NCBI GenBank assembly: GCA_976226885.1
Contig: OZ320316.1
Coordinates: forward strand, 88,164,001 to 88,228,000
Direction of reading: 5' to 3'
DNA length: 64,000 nucleotides
Source: Iphione sp. A-MEVVRFRX5
Taxonomy: Eukaryota
The position numbers and the translations under genes are program-made. The notes below the pieces were generated by a model. That model was not told the origin of the DNA, did no database searches, and saw nothing but the letters and a program-made list of their open reading frames with translations. Within the stretch, counting starts at the first letter, position 1, and every line of letters begins with the position of its first letter. This document shows, piece by piece, positions 19,201 through 27,970 of the stretch.

Positions 19201-20620
19201 CTTGGGACCGGAGTGGTCGCGCCCAGAGGCCGTGGAGACGGTGGTGCTGACTGACTCCCCCGACCGCAGTCCGTCACCCAAGCGTCCACGAGGGCAGCAG
19301 GAGCCGGAGACCGGTGGAGCGGGCACGGCACCGCCAGCTCCCGCAGGAAAGGGTGACCCCGGCCCCACCGACATCCTGGCCCAAGCTATGGAGGAGTCCC
19401 TGGGACGGTACCTCCCGGGGACATCCTCCAGCTCCGACGCCGGCGACCTGGCCGAGATCTTCCAGGAAGACGACGAGGAGATCCCCACCACGCCCGGGGG
19501 AGCCCGACCTGCCTCGGCCCCGGGGTCTCGGCCCTTGGGTAACCCTGCAGGGAAGCAGCTCCCTCCCCAACCCGAGGTGCCGGCCGACAAGAGTCAACCT
19601 GTCGACAGGGCGGGAGAGCCGGTGCCGCCGCCGCCTCGCAGCGACTCCCAAGCCGAGCAGCAGCCTGCCGACCCTGGGGCGCCCAAGGAGGACGCACCGG
19701 AAGTACCGCCGCCACGCGGGGACGCCCAGCCCAGCCTGCCGCCGCAGCCTGCCCCTGTGTTGGTAACAGAGGGCGTGGCGACGGAAACCGGGGACGTGCC
19801 ACTGACACCCGCCCCCGGCCCCAAAGTCGTAGGTACGGTGGACCGTGCAAGAGAAGACGCGGCGACGGGAACCGAGGACATACCACTGGCACCCGCCCCC
19901 GGCCCCAAAGTCGTAGGAACGGTGGACCGTGCTCTGTCACCCTTTCCTCCCCCGCTTGCACCTCGGGAGGATGCGACCACACAGACTCCAGTGGGAGAGG
20001 AGCCGGACAACCGCCGGTCCGCACCGGGACCGATGGATACCCCACCCCGTCACTCCACACCTGGGGGGAGGGGGACCGGAGCTCAAGACGACGCCGGAAC
20101 GACCACCACGGTGAACCGTCCTCGCCTCCCGTCACCCTGGGCCAGGGTGCCACCCACGCCGCCACGGGCAGGCCCCTCCGGGCCCCACACACGAGCCGGA
20201 CAGCCGAGGACCGGCACCCCACTGCACTCACCCCCGGTGTTGGATGTATCAGGACCGGCGGCGGCCGATGAAGCAGTACCAGCCGAAGTCCACGTCTGGG
20301 CCGCCGCACGCCTGGTCAGCGCGGAGACCAAGGCACCCACGGGCTGGGAAGTACGCGATGCGACGGCGGCCCTGGACCTGCAGGTCCTCACCCAGGGCCA
20401 GGTTAAAGTCACTCTGAACCAGACCATCCGGTTCAGGCGCTTGGGCCCCCCTGTCGCAGGAACCGAACTGGCTCGCTGGCATGCCACCCACGGCACGGTG
20501 CTCACCCGGGGGCGACCGGTTCTCCGGATGCATTCCTGGAGGGAGAACCCGGTCGCCCCGGGAGAAGTGGAGATAATCGTCAAAGAACTTTGGACGGTGT
20601 TTACGGACACCGCCCAATAG
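13274..20620 (+). CDS. pol: Pol polyprotein (PR, RT, RNase H, IN) with a ~1,280-aa in-frame C-terminal extension. The frame is open from 13169 and is probably entered by frameshift rather than at the TTG.
   Basis: PR LVDTGA (D at 13400); RT YLDD (14636-14647); RNase H DTDAS/ELLAV/RTDH/NADGLSR (~15070-15425); IN HHCC from 15764, D..D(35)E and GPY/F-like EGPW..VVHADRLKP ending ~16774. No stop codon until 20618-20620. Confidence 0.97.
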   Translation: MEVLAASFAGPGRIELKGHRRAGCRGLLLEGQIAGVPVDWLVDTGASTSLLSTRVFRQTTNVKLGAVDVRVVGVDGAPLKVHGTIECGVDFGPVTLAVAAKVVDMDVPALLGLDWLDQMDAAVDTRGAVVSVRAPGGDAPVAVSAGCDRVVRAGNVEFVCAQVQGVAAGATTGVVEASVQFEEKSGLRVAQAMVTPRAGRVWVPVWNPGSQDLQLYRGTHLGRFQEVAVVGAEETPSGQAWEEEQDSAVQQLLEGLPSEVEGEEREEIAEMLLRNRAVFQTSSGPLGCTPEVQHHIDTQGHPPIRQRARRLPPHKREAVQREVERMVEKGVLEPSSSPWASPLVLVQKKDGGLRFCIDYRRLNAVTKKDAFPLPRIDDTLDALQGSRYFSAIDLASGYWQVRMAPQDAEKTAVCTPAGLFQFRVMPFGLCNAPSTFERLMETVLRGLVGTECLVYLDDIIVLGRSVPGMCQRLERVFVRLREAGLHVKASKCQLFKKEVSYLGHRVSAQGVGVDPEKVEAITGWPTPRCVTEVKSFLGLCSYYRNFVRGFATIAAPLHALAEKGAEFCWTQACQAAFEVLKKELSSTPVLGFPDPVGQLILDTDASDTGIGAVLSQAQQGQERVLAYASRTLSWPERNYCVTRRELLAVVFALRKFRCYVGGRTVEIRTDHNSLRWLCAFKEPQGQLARWLEEVFCHDINIVHRPGRQHGNADGLSRQECKQCGRREEGSSGEELAAAVTLGEVEGVERVGVAQRAEPATAEIIQALEAGQPPPGLRVGLSWEERQLRSEAHRLQLHRGVLARSWEGEGGTSVPQVYVPAALRQPLWQETHAGAMGGHLGPDKTGALIRMRWFWPGLRRDVERWSRCCQTCQRRKGPGRSRRAPLQARPVSEPWELVAADILGPLPVTSRGNRYILVVADHFSKWTEAFPLEEATAKATAEVIVREVVCRFGPPRVIHSDQGRNFEAALFTEVLQLLGVEKSRTTPYHPQSDGVVERFNRTLGNMLASMAEERRKDWDEALPFVMAAYRATPHTATGESPNWLLFHREVNLPVDLRYGHPGPDPVTRGAYADKVAMEVGEAHRRVAERLRRVAAASKDWYDQKVRRQTYEPGERVWLFSPLRKKGVSPKLQSWWEGPWLVEDKLSAVVYRVSRGAKRRVVHADRLKPAYLDPQVTCRVGRIETIHISGAAPVSPRLGGSRSERSVGSRAVRLPIAASTERRARAAACEPTEGAGAAPVSPRLGGSRSERSVGSRAVRLPIAASTERRARAAACEPTEGATAFQRRHLLDSIKDVDSQCRPSVARLPHHEERLKPPRPAQDTLAELATPGATRNTLPRGQPQRASIESPDYSQVSSTTWNAMGDKGEVVKPRWVNGLGRAAAARVAQIQFPIGKKGTSSAELFAWRRKTDGSMSSSAARAACRTGALCSRLIPIRSVGMDDGKPQLPTEPRPAAGDKPPAAESGEPRLAAGGKPPQHPRAATHEEPRQPSEPLGAAPPPVEPHGAATHEPHRADRETEEDRPATGGSPGPAPSSPTQDQDEHEDPNASPRVHCTLCKKRFVHQSNLNRHLRDVHEQQGFGWLCPDQDCGSQGFHRRGDWKRHLSQVHGNLGWAHTVDIQFLKFRGLNPTRARAQECPESLLPQLEKVRKQEKRSRRRDLKKMIGEGTSGAGSSDLEVPCQPPGTSPAGPSASAPAVPSPSPSTAAPPAVPEGRPQPPPAVPSTSTGKTASRRARRRPDLPLPPSSSEEGTPEPPPPRRRSSRQATRGRKGPRTPSVSPGSAVPSTSGSDGPPGGDEPLPHRDTPERPPSAPAETQGSAPPPSRYAQGTPAKTYERKRPAEWTPPRPAQPVFRAPAVPSALIDLPVSQTAYRGRRLFVGDHEERLDEGADTALMSPADIEWAPGTSDWSSTTSHSAAPTSPRGPTPSVGRGLGGGRATFRAPAGTYDRPPLRLPAPGKWPSQRQGPETERREAELDRRLGPEWSRPEAVETVVLTDSPDRSPSPKRPRGQQEPETGGAGTAPPAPAGKGDPGPTDILAQAMEESLGRYLPGTSSSSDAGDLAEIFQEDDEEIPTTPGGARPASAPGSRPLGNPAGKQLPPQPEVPADKSQPVDRAGEPVPPPPRSDSQAEQQPADPGAPKEDAPEVPPPRGDAQPSLPPQPAPVLVTEGVATETGDVPLTPAPGPKVVGTVDRAREDAATGTEDIPLAPAPGPKVVGTVDRALSPFPPPLAPREDATTQTPVGEEPDNRRSAPGPMDTPPRHSTPGGRGTGAQDDAGTTTTVNRPRLPSPWARVPPTPPRAGPSGPHTRAGQPRTGTPLHSPPVLDVSGPAAADEAVPAEVHVWAAARLVSAETKAPTGWEVRDATAALDLQVLTQGQVKVTLNQTIRFRRLGPPVAGTELARWHATHGTVLTRGRPVLRMHSWRENPVAPGEVEIIVKELWTVFTDTAQ
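16833..17108 (+). repeat. Tandem duplication of 138 bp (46 codons) just after integrase
   Basis: 16833-16970 and 16971-17108 differ at a single synonymous site (ACC/ACT). Confidence 0.95.
17927..18091 (+). other. Two tandem C2H2 zinc fingers within the Pol extension
   Basis: CTLCKKRFVHQSNLNRHLRDVH (C-x2-C-x12-H-x4-H, 17927-17992) and CPDQDCGSQGFHRRGDWKRHLSQVH (C-x4-C-x13-H-x4-H, 18017-18091), with the usual F and hydrophobic helix positions and an 8-aa linker. Confidence 0.9.
19777..19932 (+). repeat. 84-bp-period coding duplication (PL(T/A)PAPGPKVVGTVDRA x2)
   Basis: Units start at 19777 and 19861 and are more diverged than the 138-bp pair. Confidence 0.9.
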
Positions 20621-20750
20621 GAGTTTACCACTTCCCCTTCAAACAAGGGACTACCGTTATGGTTATCTTTGCGGACGTTGGATTTTAGTGTTTGACATTA
20701 CTCGTTGGACAGTTTTTTTGTTAGCCTTGCGCTTGGGTCAAGCGCAGTCT

Positions 20751-20763
20751 GAAGGGGGAATAG
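20751..20763 (+). other. Polypurine tract GAAGGGGGAA(TAG)
   Basis: Purine run immediately upstream of the 3' LTR TG at 20764. Confidence 0.9.
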
Positions 20764-21051
20764 TGTAGCCGCTGCGTGCGGCTACAGCGATCCGGATCGT
20801 GCGGCTCCGGAGAGCCGCTTGGTGCTGAAGTAGGGAGCCGGATCGTGCGGCTACGGGGATCCGGATCGCTCGGCTTTGGGTTGGCCCTGGGGGGGAAGGA
20901 GTAGCACACTTGTATAAATAGGAGCCTCCCCCCAGGGCCCGGGGCAGTTGTTACCTGATACTCTTACTGTTCACTTCATATTTCTCTCAGCAATAAACCT
21001 CCTCTTCTATAACCTGTGTCATGTCTTGGTTACGAAACGGCAAGCGCTACA
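20764..21051 (+). repeat. 3' LTR (288 bp)
   Basis: Matches 11278-11565 base for base by eye and is followed by the GTAT TSD. Confidence 0.97.
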
Positions 21052-22002
21052 GTATCAATTTGTATCGTCGGAAGTGTCAATATCCCCACACGCTTGCACA
21101 CAAACACACACACATAGATATACACATATACATATGTTATGGGTCTCCTATGATCAATGAACCCATAAACTACACACCAACTGTATCTATGCTGCCTTTG
21201 GACATTCGCTGCGGACGCCCAGCTACTGACTTCAAAACTGCTATCCACTCCAGCTTCTTTACGGAATACACACAGGTTTGTCATATTCCTGCTTTATCTC
21301 CTGAACATTGATTTTATTTTGCACATTTTCACGTGAATACTTTCCTGCTATTCACATACCTTACGTTCGCAAATATAAGGATCGAAAACCCCGAGTTCTC
21401 GTGTGAGTTGTATTACTCGGTGCCAGCGCCATACATTAACGTTGTCATCTAAAAGACTGGTTGATCGCTAATACCCTCCCGGCCACATAGGGGAGAAGAC
21501 ATGTTATTTCAGTAGTGTGTATTCCTCCCAAAATCTGCAATACTCTTCTTTGGACAGTTGGGATAGTGATCATGTCTTATCTAGGTCCTCTTCTTAACAT
21601 GTACTGGAAGGGGGAGGGAGTAGTTTAGGCAGCTTTACATTTTCACGCATTCGGTTATGTAGGTTCAACCTATGGGACAAACCCGAGACAGATATTTACT
21701 TTGTCCCTACACATGCGTGAAGACATAATACATACAGATGTGTATCCATGGTGATGATCTAACTTCCATGTTTTTTACTGGATATGGGTGCATAAACATA
21801 ATGGCTTTCAACCAAGAGCCATAGCAGTTCAGAACATTGTGTATAAGTTATATTATGGAAATTCGTCCATTTTAGACATATGGATACGTTTCTAGGGCAC
21901 TCAATATGAGTACATGGGAGAGCCAGCATAATGATGGCTTATTTTTGTTTGCTGACTATAAGATACTCACATGATCAGGGGTACAGTTTTTTGATTGACT
22001 AA

Positions 22003-22739
22003 GGCCGGCTTTCCATGCATATGGAAATGACCTCTGGAGCATGGAGCCTGCACTCCAGAAAAAAATGATCTGAGACACCTTGCTTGAGGGCTTTCCATGG
22101 ACTCAGGTCTGTGGATCCATGGTCCAGGTCTGTGGGCCGAAAACGAACCTGGGCCATAAATTTACACATTTTCCGGACTATGGATACCCCCACAGACCAG
22201 TAGGATAGAGAGATGGATGTTATCAGCTGGATAGGCACTGTCTATCTCATTATATATAATGTGAGATATTTTCTAATTTGCATATCATTTGTGTAAAACC
22301 TGCACAATCGCCACAAAAAAGAATGCAAAACTTTCACCAATCTGCTTCGATCCCCACAAAAAACACACAATTTTCACTGATATGCTTCAACCTCCACAAA
22401 AAACGCACCATTTTCACTGATATGCTTCAACCTCCACAAAAAACGCACCATTTTCACTGATATGCTTCAACCTCCACAAAAAAGCACCATTTTCACCAGT
22501 ATGCTTCAATCTCCATAACCTCATAAACTTATAGACTACATACATACATGTACATACATACACATACCTGGCACAAATGTACATGCATAGTCACATGCAT
22601 ACCAGTCCATGTCCATCTGGAAGTCAGCCCATTTTCCATATACCTGGAAAGTACCAGTCTGAAGAGTCCAAAAAATCGGCCGAATTTCCTGAGGGACTAT
22701 GCTGTGCAGAGAAATCTCCGGATGCATGGAAAGCTGGCC
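22003..22739 (+). mobile_element. Non-autonomous PIF/Harbinger-like MITE (family A, copy 2; uninterrupted, 737 bp)
   Basis: TIRs GGCCGGCTTTCCATGCAT and (reverse complement) GGCCAGCTTTCCATGCAT, 17/18 match. Perfect TAA TSD at 22000-22002 and 22740-22742. No coding capacity. Confidence 0.85.
22331..22517. repeat. 40-bp minisatellite (TTTTCACTGATATGCTTCAACCTCCACAAAAAACGCACCA), ~4.5 copies, inside MITE A
   Basis: Identical units at 22371-22410 and 22411-22450, with degenerate flanking units. Confidence 0.9.
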
Positions 22740-24844
22740 TAACCCAAAGAAAGTAGCCAAAGGATGCCAAATGGTTCAAAGGTGTCAACAGATGCCAAAC
22801 GACCAAAAGTTACCAAATATATCACAAATGAAAAAAAATGTGTGAGAAAGACATACAATAGTTAAAAGTGGAAAATGACTGAAGGAGCAAACTCTCCACT
22901 TGGTGCTCACTAAATGCCCAAAATACGTTAAGATGAAAAACGGGTTACAGAAAGTGTCCAAATGCATGGGGATTGTGGGAGAGCGGTTGAGAAAGGAGGG
23001 AACTGCATGGAGGCTGTCGAAGGCAGGGGCAGATAGTGAGACCCAAATCTTGTTTAACAGAGAGCGACCCCTTCGGAACAGTTCTTTTTTAAGGGCACGT
23101 CTTTTACACAATTTAGTCTGTTTCTTAAATACTTTTTTTCCAGTCATATATATAAATGCACGAATTTTATGTATACATTACCAGTTCCTGGTAAGTAAAA
23201 ATTCACACCGAACGCCATACATACTTTGTTTATAAACAGTTCAATAAACCACCAAACTTCGGGGCGCATGAAAGTGGAAATATCTTATTGAAAAGGACAG
23301 GAAAATCAATTTCACATGACATGAATTAGTGGTATTCCATAGAATGAGAGGGTCTTCTTTCCTCACGATGTCGATAAATTAGACGATACTGTAACAACTG
23401 CACCCTTTATTGACCGCCCGACTGAAGCACTTGGGTCTGCAGAGACTTGTCTCTCTCATAGGAAGTCGGCAGCACAGCCTGGCGGCGGCTGCCCGCCGGC
23501 TCTCGGCGGTATCCATCCTGCCATTATCTTGTCAATGCTCAGTTTGATCTTGTCCAGATGGTCATCTAGCCTCGAGCATACATGACCGAGTATGGTAGGT
23601 TTTGATAAGCCACACTGCCGCTCGCCCAGCGCCGTAGCGAGCTCCACACAAGGAAGGCCGTCCAATGTGCTCAAGCGCTGTCTACTTTATAACAGGCCTC
23701 TCCGATCTTTATTCGGTTTGCCTGTTTTCAGAGCCCCCATGTGGTGAGCGGTCACCTTCAATCAATTCCAATCTTCCCTAATTTCATTGATTTATGAGGG
23801 TGGTGGCAGGTAGATCGCGCTGGTAAGCAGAGTGGTGAGACGGGATACACCTCCTATTCCGGCAGAAAATCTGAAGAGGTTTTTACACGAGATGACACTT
23901 GGACTGTTTTAGCGCTACTACGATAAAAGGAGAGGAACACAGTCATTTACCATTCTGCAAAAGCAATTTACATAGCTAAACGGCACGTCATTAAGTAATT
24001 ATGTTCTAATGATTTATATGATGCATTTTCACGTCATATTTTGTCATGAACAAATGAAATGTTATTTTTTCCCGCTTGCAAGGGGAGCTTTAAAGTTTAT
24101 AATACTCTTTAAGAGTTTTGTCACATAGGAATGGCTCTTATAATGTCAAAACACTTGGTTCCATTCCTGAAGGCATCCACATAATTACTGATCTATTATG
24201 TACCATTACAAGTACATTGTGTGGTGAATTATCGTTTCACCGCGGGCAAAATGCGTTTAAATATCGACATTCCCTCGGAGGGCGCTCATACTAATAACCG
24301 CATTGGGTATGTATAATGTACGTACATTATATGCGTGTTGCTTTCTGCAGAGATCTCTGGGTTGAGAAACACTCCCCCCCCCCCCAGATATTCGTTGCTT
24401 CTGTCTAGACTTTGCGCCACTCTGGTACCTTGCCTGCGGGTGATTGCGGGTGTGGAACACGGCACTGTCCCACTTGTGTAATTAAACGTAATGATAGCTA
24501 ATTGCGTCCAATACTGATTGTAACCAAGTTGGTGAACCCGAGGTGAGACGGTCCACCTTCGATTCGTATAATTATGGCTTGTTATTTAACTAGTAGTTCC
24601 AACACAGCAATCTGTATAATTTGTAGAAGCCATTAATTTAAAACAAATTTAAAACAAGATCGCTCCTGTTATGGTAGCAGGACTGGAACTGAAATACGTG
24701 TACATGTACATGTGTTCACTTTTTTTTATGTCGGCGATATTCACCATAGATGTCCTATCATAAACGCATGCATGGCTGGCCGAAATGGGATTGCAACCCC
24801 CTAATGTACTACAAATCAGGAATTGCGTCATTAATTGATGTGGA

Positions 24845-24910
24845 CCCAGGCAGGACCATCGAACCACCCTGATCACCCTAGTGGCCCGACGCCTTACCGA
24901 AGGGGTCACT
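24845..24910 (-). mobile_element. Possible degenerate tRNA-derived SINE head
   Basis: The minus strand reads GTGACCCCTTCGGTAAGGCG...GGTTCGATGGTCC, loosely resembling Pol III A and B boxes at tRNA-like spacing. The match is weak. Confidence 0.25.
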
Positions 24911-27900
24911 TGTACATCCCGATAATAGAATGATTACGATGTCACGCGCCTTGCACGACCGAAGATGACTCGTTCGCCACTCGTCGGGATGGGGTGCCTC
25001 CTGCCCCAATACAATAACTAATGTTGCGCGAGCGGTAACGATCACGACCCGGTCACGCGCACCTCTTCCTGCTTTACGTAAGGTTCGACGATTCGCCGCC
25101 TCGGGGTACGGGTCGGAACTAAGCGGGCCCCCGCATCAAAGACCTCCCGTTGCTCCAGCGATCGATGCAAGGTTTTACTATGAATCACGAGTGCGCAGAT
25201 AATCCGCCTGCAGCTAAAAAAAAGGTGGATCCGTATTACTCTAGATGCACCCGACCCACAGACAGCGCGACTCATCACTGGAGGCTACAGGTTCCAAATC
25301 GCTCCTCCTATCCTAGTGTTTATGGAATCTGTGTGGTGCCTCCACACGCAAAACAGGAGATTTGGATAAAACCTGCTGTTAAAAGGAGGTAACACAAGAG
25401 AGATCTCCCTCCCCTCACTGAAGAAAACAAAAACAAGCAAAATAAGGCAGACTACAAGCGGTGTCTAAAATCCAAACCTAGATGCAATACTTGTTGTACA
25501 TCCTTTCGTATTCACCTAGAAAGGTCCAAATATAGTGCAAGATATGAAAGTGCTATTACGGTGAATCCTTGAAGGTGTCCTCTGATATCTCTGGCATATC
25601 TCTGTAGCTGAAATAGGAAGGTCCAACGATGTCAAAGGACTCGCCGAATATCGATTATCAGAAAGTGTGTAGGCGATACCAGGCGTACCTATACGGCTGA
25701 CGGATCACTTGAATGAAGCAATGTTACTGGGAATAAAGGGCAGCATCGAAGGCTGCAAATATAATAAGTGTTAAAATGTGAGGTGATCTTCTAGACATGT
25801 CTGCTCTATGGTTTGATTATTGTATGAAATTCATTGTCCCTTGAAGGTCTTCCTTGGTTTGTCCTTAGGTTCCTTGCAAAAATGAATACATGTAATATTA
25901 TATCACTACTTTTTTCTGACTTTTTTTTCTGATTACGTGTACGTATCTGTCCATGACATCCCGTTACATGTGTACGTGCACTCGGTAGTGAAATCTGTAG
26001 GAAATGTGATTTAAATGCACGAACTGCGATACATGTTAAGTCACTTCTCTGAATCAATGCATCAATCAGGAATTAGCGGTCTGATGTCCCTAACAAGTAA
26101 AATATGTACCCATGTCTTCCAAACCCATTCAATTAAATTATAGCCGAATTGTAGGACCACATGGAACAGGTACTATTCAATTCTAACTCACTCACAAAAG
26201 CCTGAATCGAAATAATAGAAATTTAAGTAAGATTGGCCATTATGTTATTTCTTTTGTCGTTTACACCATTCGCTAAGGCAAAAATATCTCAAGGACGGAG
26301 TGCGTGATTTTTCGAAGTGGTTCACATCCACGAAAGACAATGAAATCCTTGTTGGCATGTCACAGCAGCAGTGCCACTTTAAATACTTCTTGCCAGTAAT
26401 TAGATTTTCAGCTGGCGCTTAAGCTTGCATCCTAGCTAATTATTTTACTGTCAGTGCCGTGAGGCGGATTTGAAAAGGGACTGAATATCTAAATTAATGC
26501 GTTTGGGTATGACACTGTAGAACTAATAGACGGTTATGCTACGTACGTGGCATACACGATGAGAAAGTCATCATTCCCGCACCAGATCATCAGGTGGGAT
26601 ACAGTGCTGTTTCTTCCTAATGCTATTTGCTCGTATTTGACATGCCTGTATGCGAAAATTAGGGCAGCCCATCCTTCTAGAAAGCAGCAAGACAAACCAT
26701 CTACTACCTTGTTACGGTAATGCTGTCTTTCGTCAGAACAAGGGGATGTTATACTCTGCTGAAGTAAATAGAGATTTCCTCCAGCAAGTAGATAAGCAAC
26801 TGCCAATATCCTTTACAATTAAAGTCGTTTTCGATCCAGATGTAACTAATAAAATTGACCATCTCCTCGTACAAGAGCAGAAACAAAATATATCCTCGGC
26901 CAACGGTTTACAAGATCCAAGACATTGAAAGATCATCATCGAATTTAACAACTTAGAGATATAAAGCAGAAGCTTCTATCAGGACGTGGTGACTGGTGAC
27001 CTTTCAAGCTGTAACATCGTAAACTCTCATATTGCAAGATTAAAGGAGATTCATTCAAATATAACTCTGTATATGACCAAAAATAATAAAACAGCTCCAA
27101 TTATAATAATGTGGCGCAGTCCCTTGTATTATGTCGTGAAAGGTGGGAAAAGAGACCTAGAATTTTCTCTCGGAGTAAAGTTTCTGTTACTTGGGGTGGG
27201 GGTGGGAGACGGGTATGGCTTCATATGTAATGAGTATGTCTAAAATTTCAATACCACTCGGCAATATCTTGAGAGTATACATGCAGATGCATACAGTGCA
27301 GATAACAGCTGTAGTAGACGTGTTTGCCAAAAGAAGTTCAAATGTTCAGCCATAGTAGGGGGGGTCGCTAGATAATGGACATATTTAACGCACCTTACAG
27401 CACGCAAAGGTTCTGAATGCGCTGAAGATAAACGCTAAGCGGGAAGTAGACCGACTCTTTGCAGGAAGAACCAAATCCTCTTACTAGATAGATAAAAGTA
27501 AAGCAAATGGATGATGACAGATACCTAAGGTTTCCATAAATATTCCCTGAGAAACTGAGCTCCTGTTGTATGACCTTTCATAGTAAGAATGTGCGTGCTT
27601 TTATTATATATATGATTGCAAATTCTCCATTCACGCATTACTGTGTAATACATTTCGCATTACTATTTCATGTTGGCGTACATATTAAATCAGTATTGCT
27701 CTCATCACTCTCACCACTCTTATAATACAAAGATATGTAAGGCCGTACCTATGCTATACAAGAAAAGCGATAAAACCTGTCTGCCACTATATGCTAAAAA
27801 TGTACATGTTTATAGTTGATGTTGGCTGAAATTCATTATGCGAAATATAATTCATTCAGTCATTTCATTTCAAGTCTAAATAACATGTAGAAATACGTCA

Positions 27901-27928
27901 TATTAAGTATTCTTTTTCTTTGTTCTAG

Positions 27929-27970
27929 GTGCCGCCAGCTTTCCTTTTCTGCAGCAGTACACACAATCAG
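27929..27970 (+). CDS. Candidate 42-nt internal host exon (one possible reading: xAASFPFLQQYTQSx)
   Basis: Strong acceptor (TATTCTTTTTCTTTGTTCTAG|) and donor (CAG|GTAAGG). Length is a multiple of 3 and all three frames are stop-free. Gene identity unknown. Confidence 0.45.

Larger units (their letters stand above)
11278..21051 (+). mobile_element. Full-length, intact Ty3/Gypsy (Metaviridae) LTR retrotransposon, 9,774 bp
   Basis: Paired 288-bp TG..CA LTRs, GTAT TSD (11274-11277 and 21052-21055), PBS, PPT, and uninterrupted gag and pol with the Gypsy domain order PR-RT-RH-IN. Confidence 0.98.

Noticed and set aside
18739-19590. 283-aa antisense ORF (and 19386-20309, 307 aa) over the Pol extension
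   Set aside because: Expected in very GC-rich sequence with few stop codons; low-complexity translation with no independent support.
16775-20620. Extension as an env gene or chromodomain
   Set aside because: No signal peptide, transmembrane segment, furin site or chromodomain aromatic-cage pattern is visible.
22331-22517. CRISPR-like array
   Set aside because: Head-to-tail 40-bp tandem units with no unique spacers, in eukaryotic DNA inside a MITE.
2072-22739. The two inverted family-A copies as ends of one 20-kb composite transposon
   Set aside because: Each copy has its own complete TIR pair and TWA flanks and they are well diverged, so they are independent insertions.
26650-27243. Protein-like ORFs of 92 and 85 aa
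   Set aside because: No recognisable motif or convincing splice sites; could be a decayed transposon but cannot be supported.
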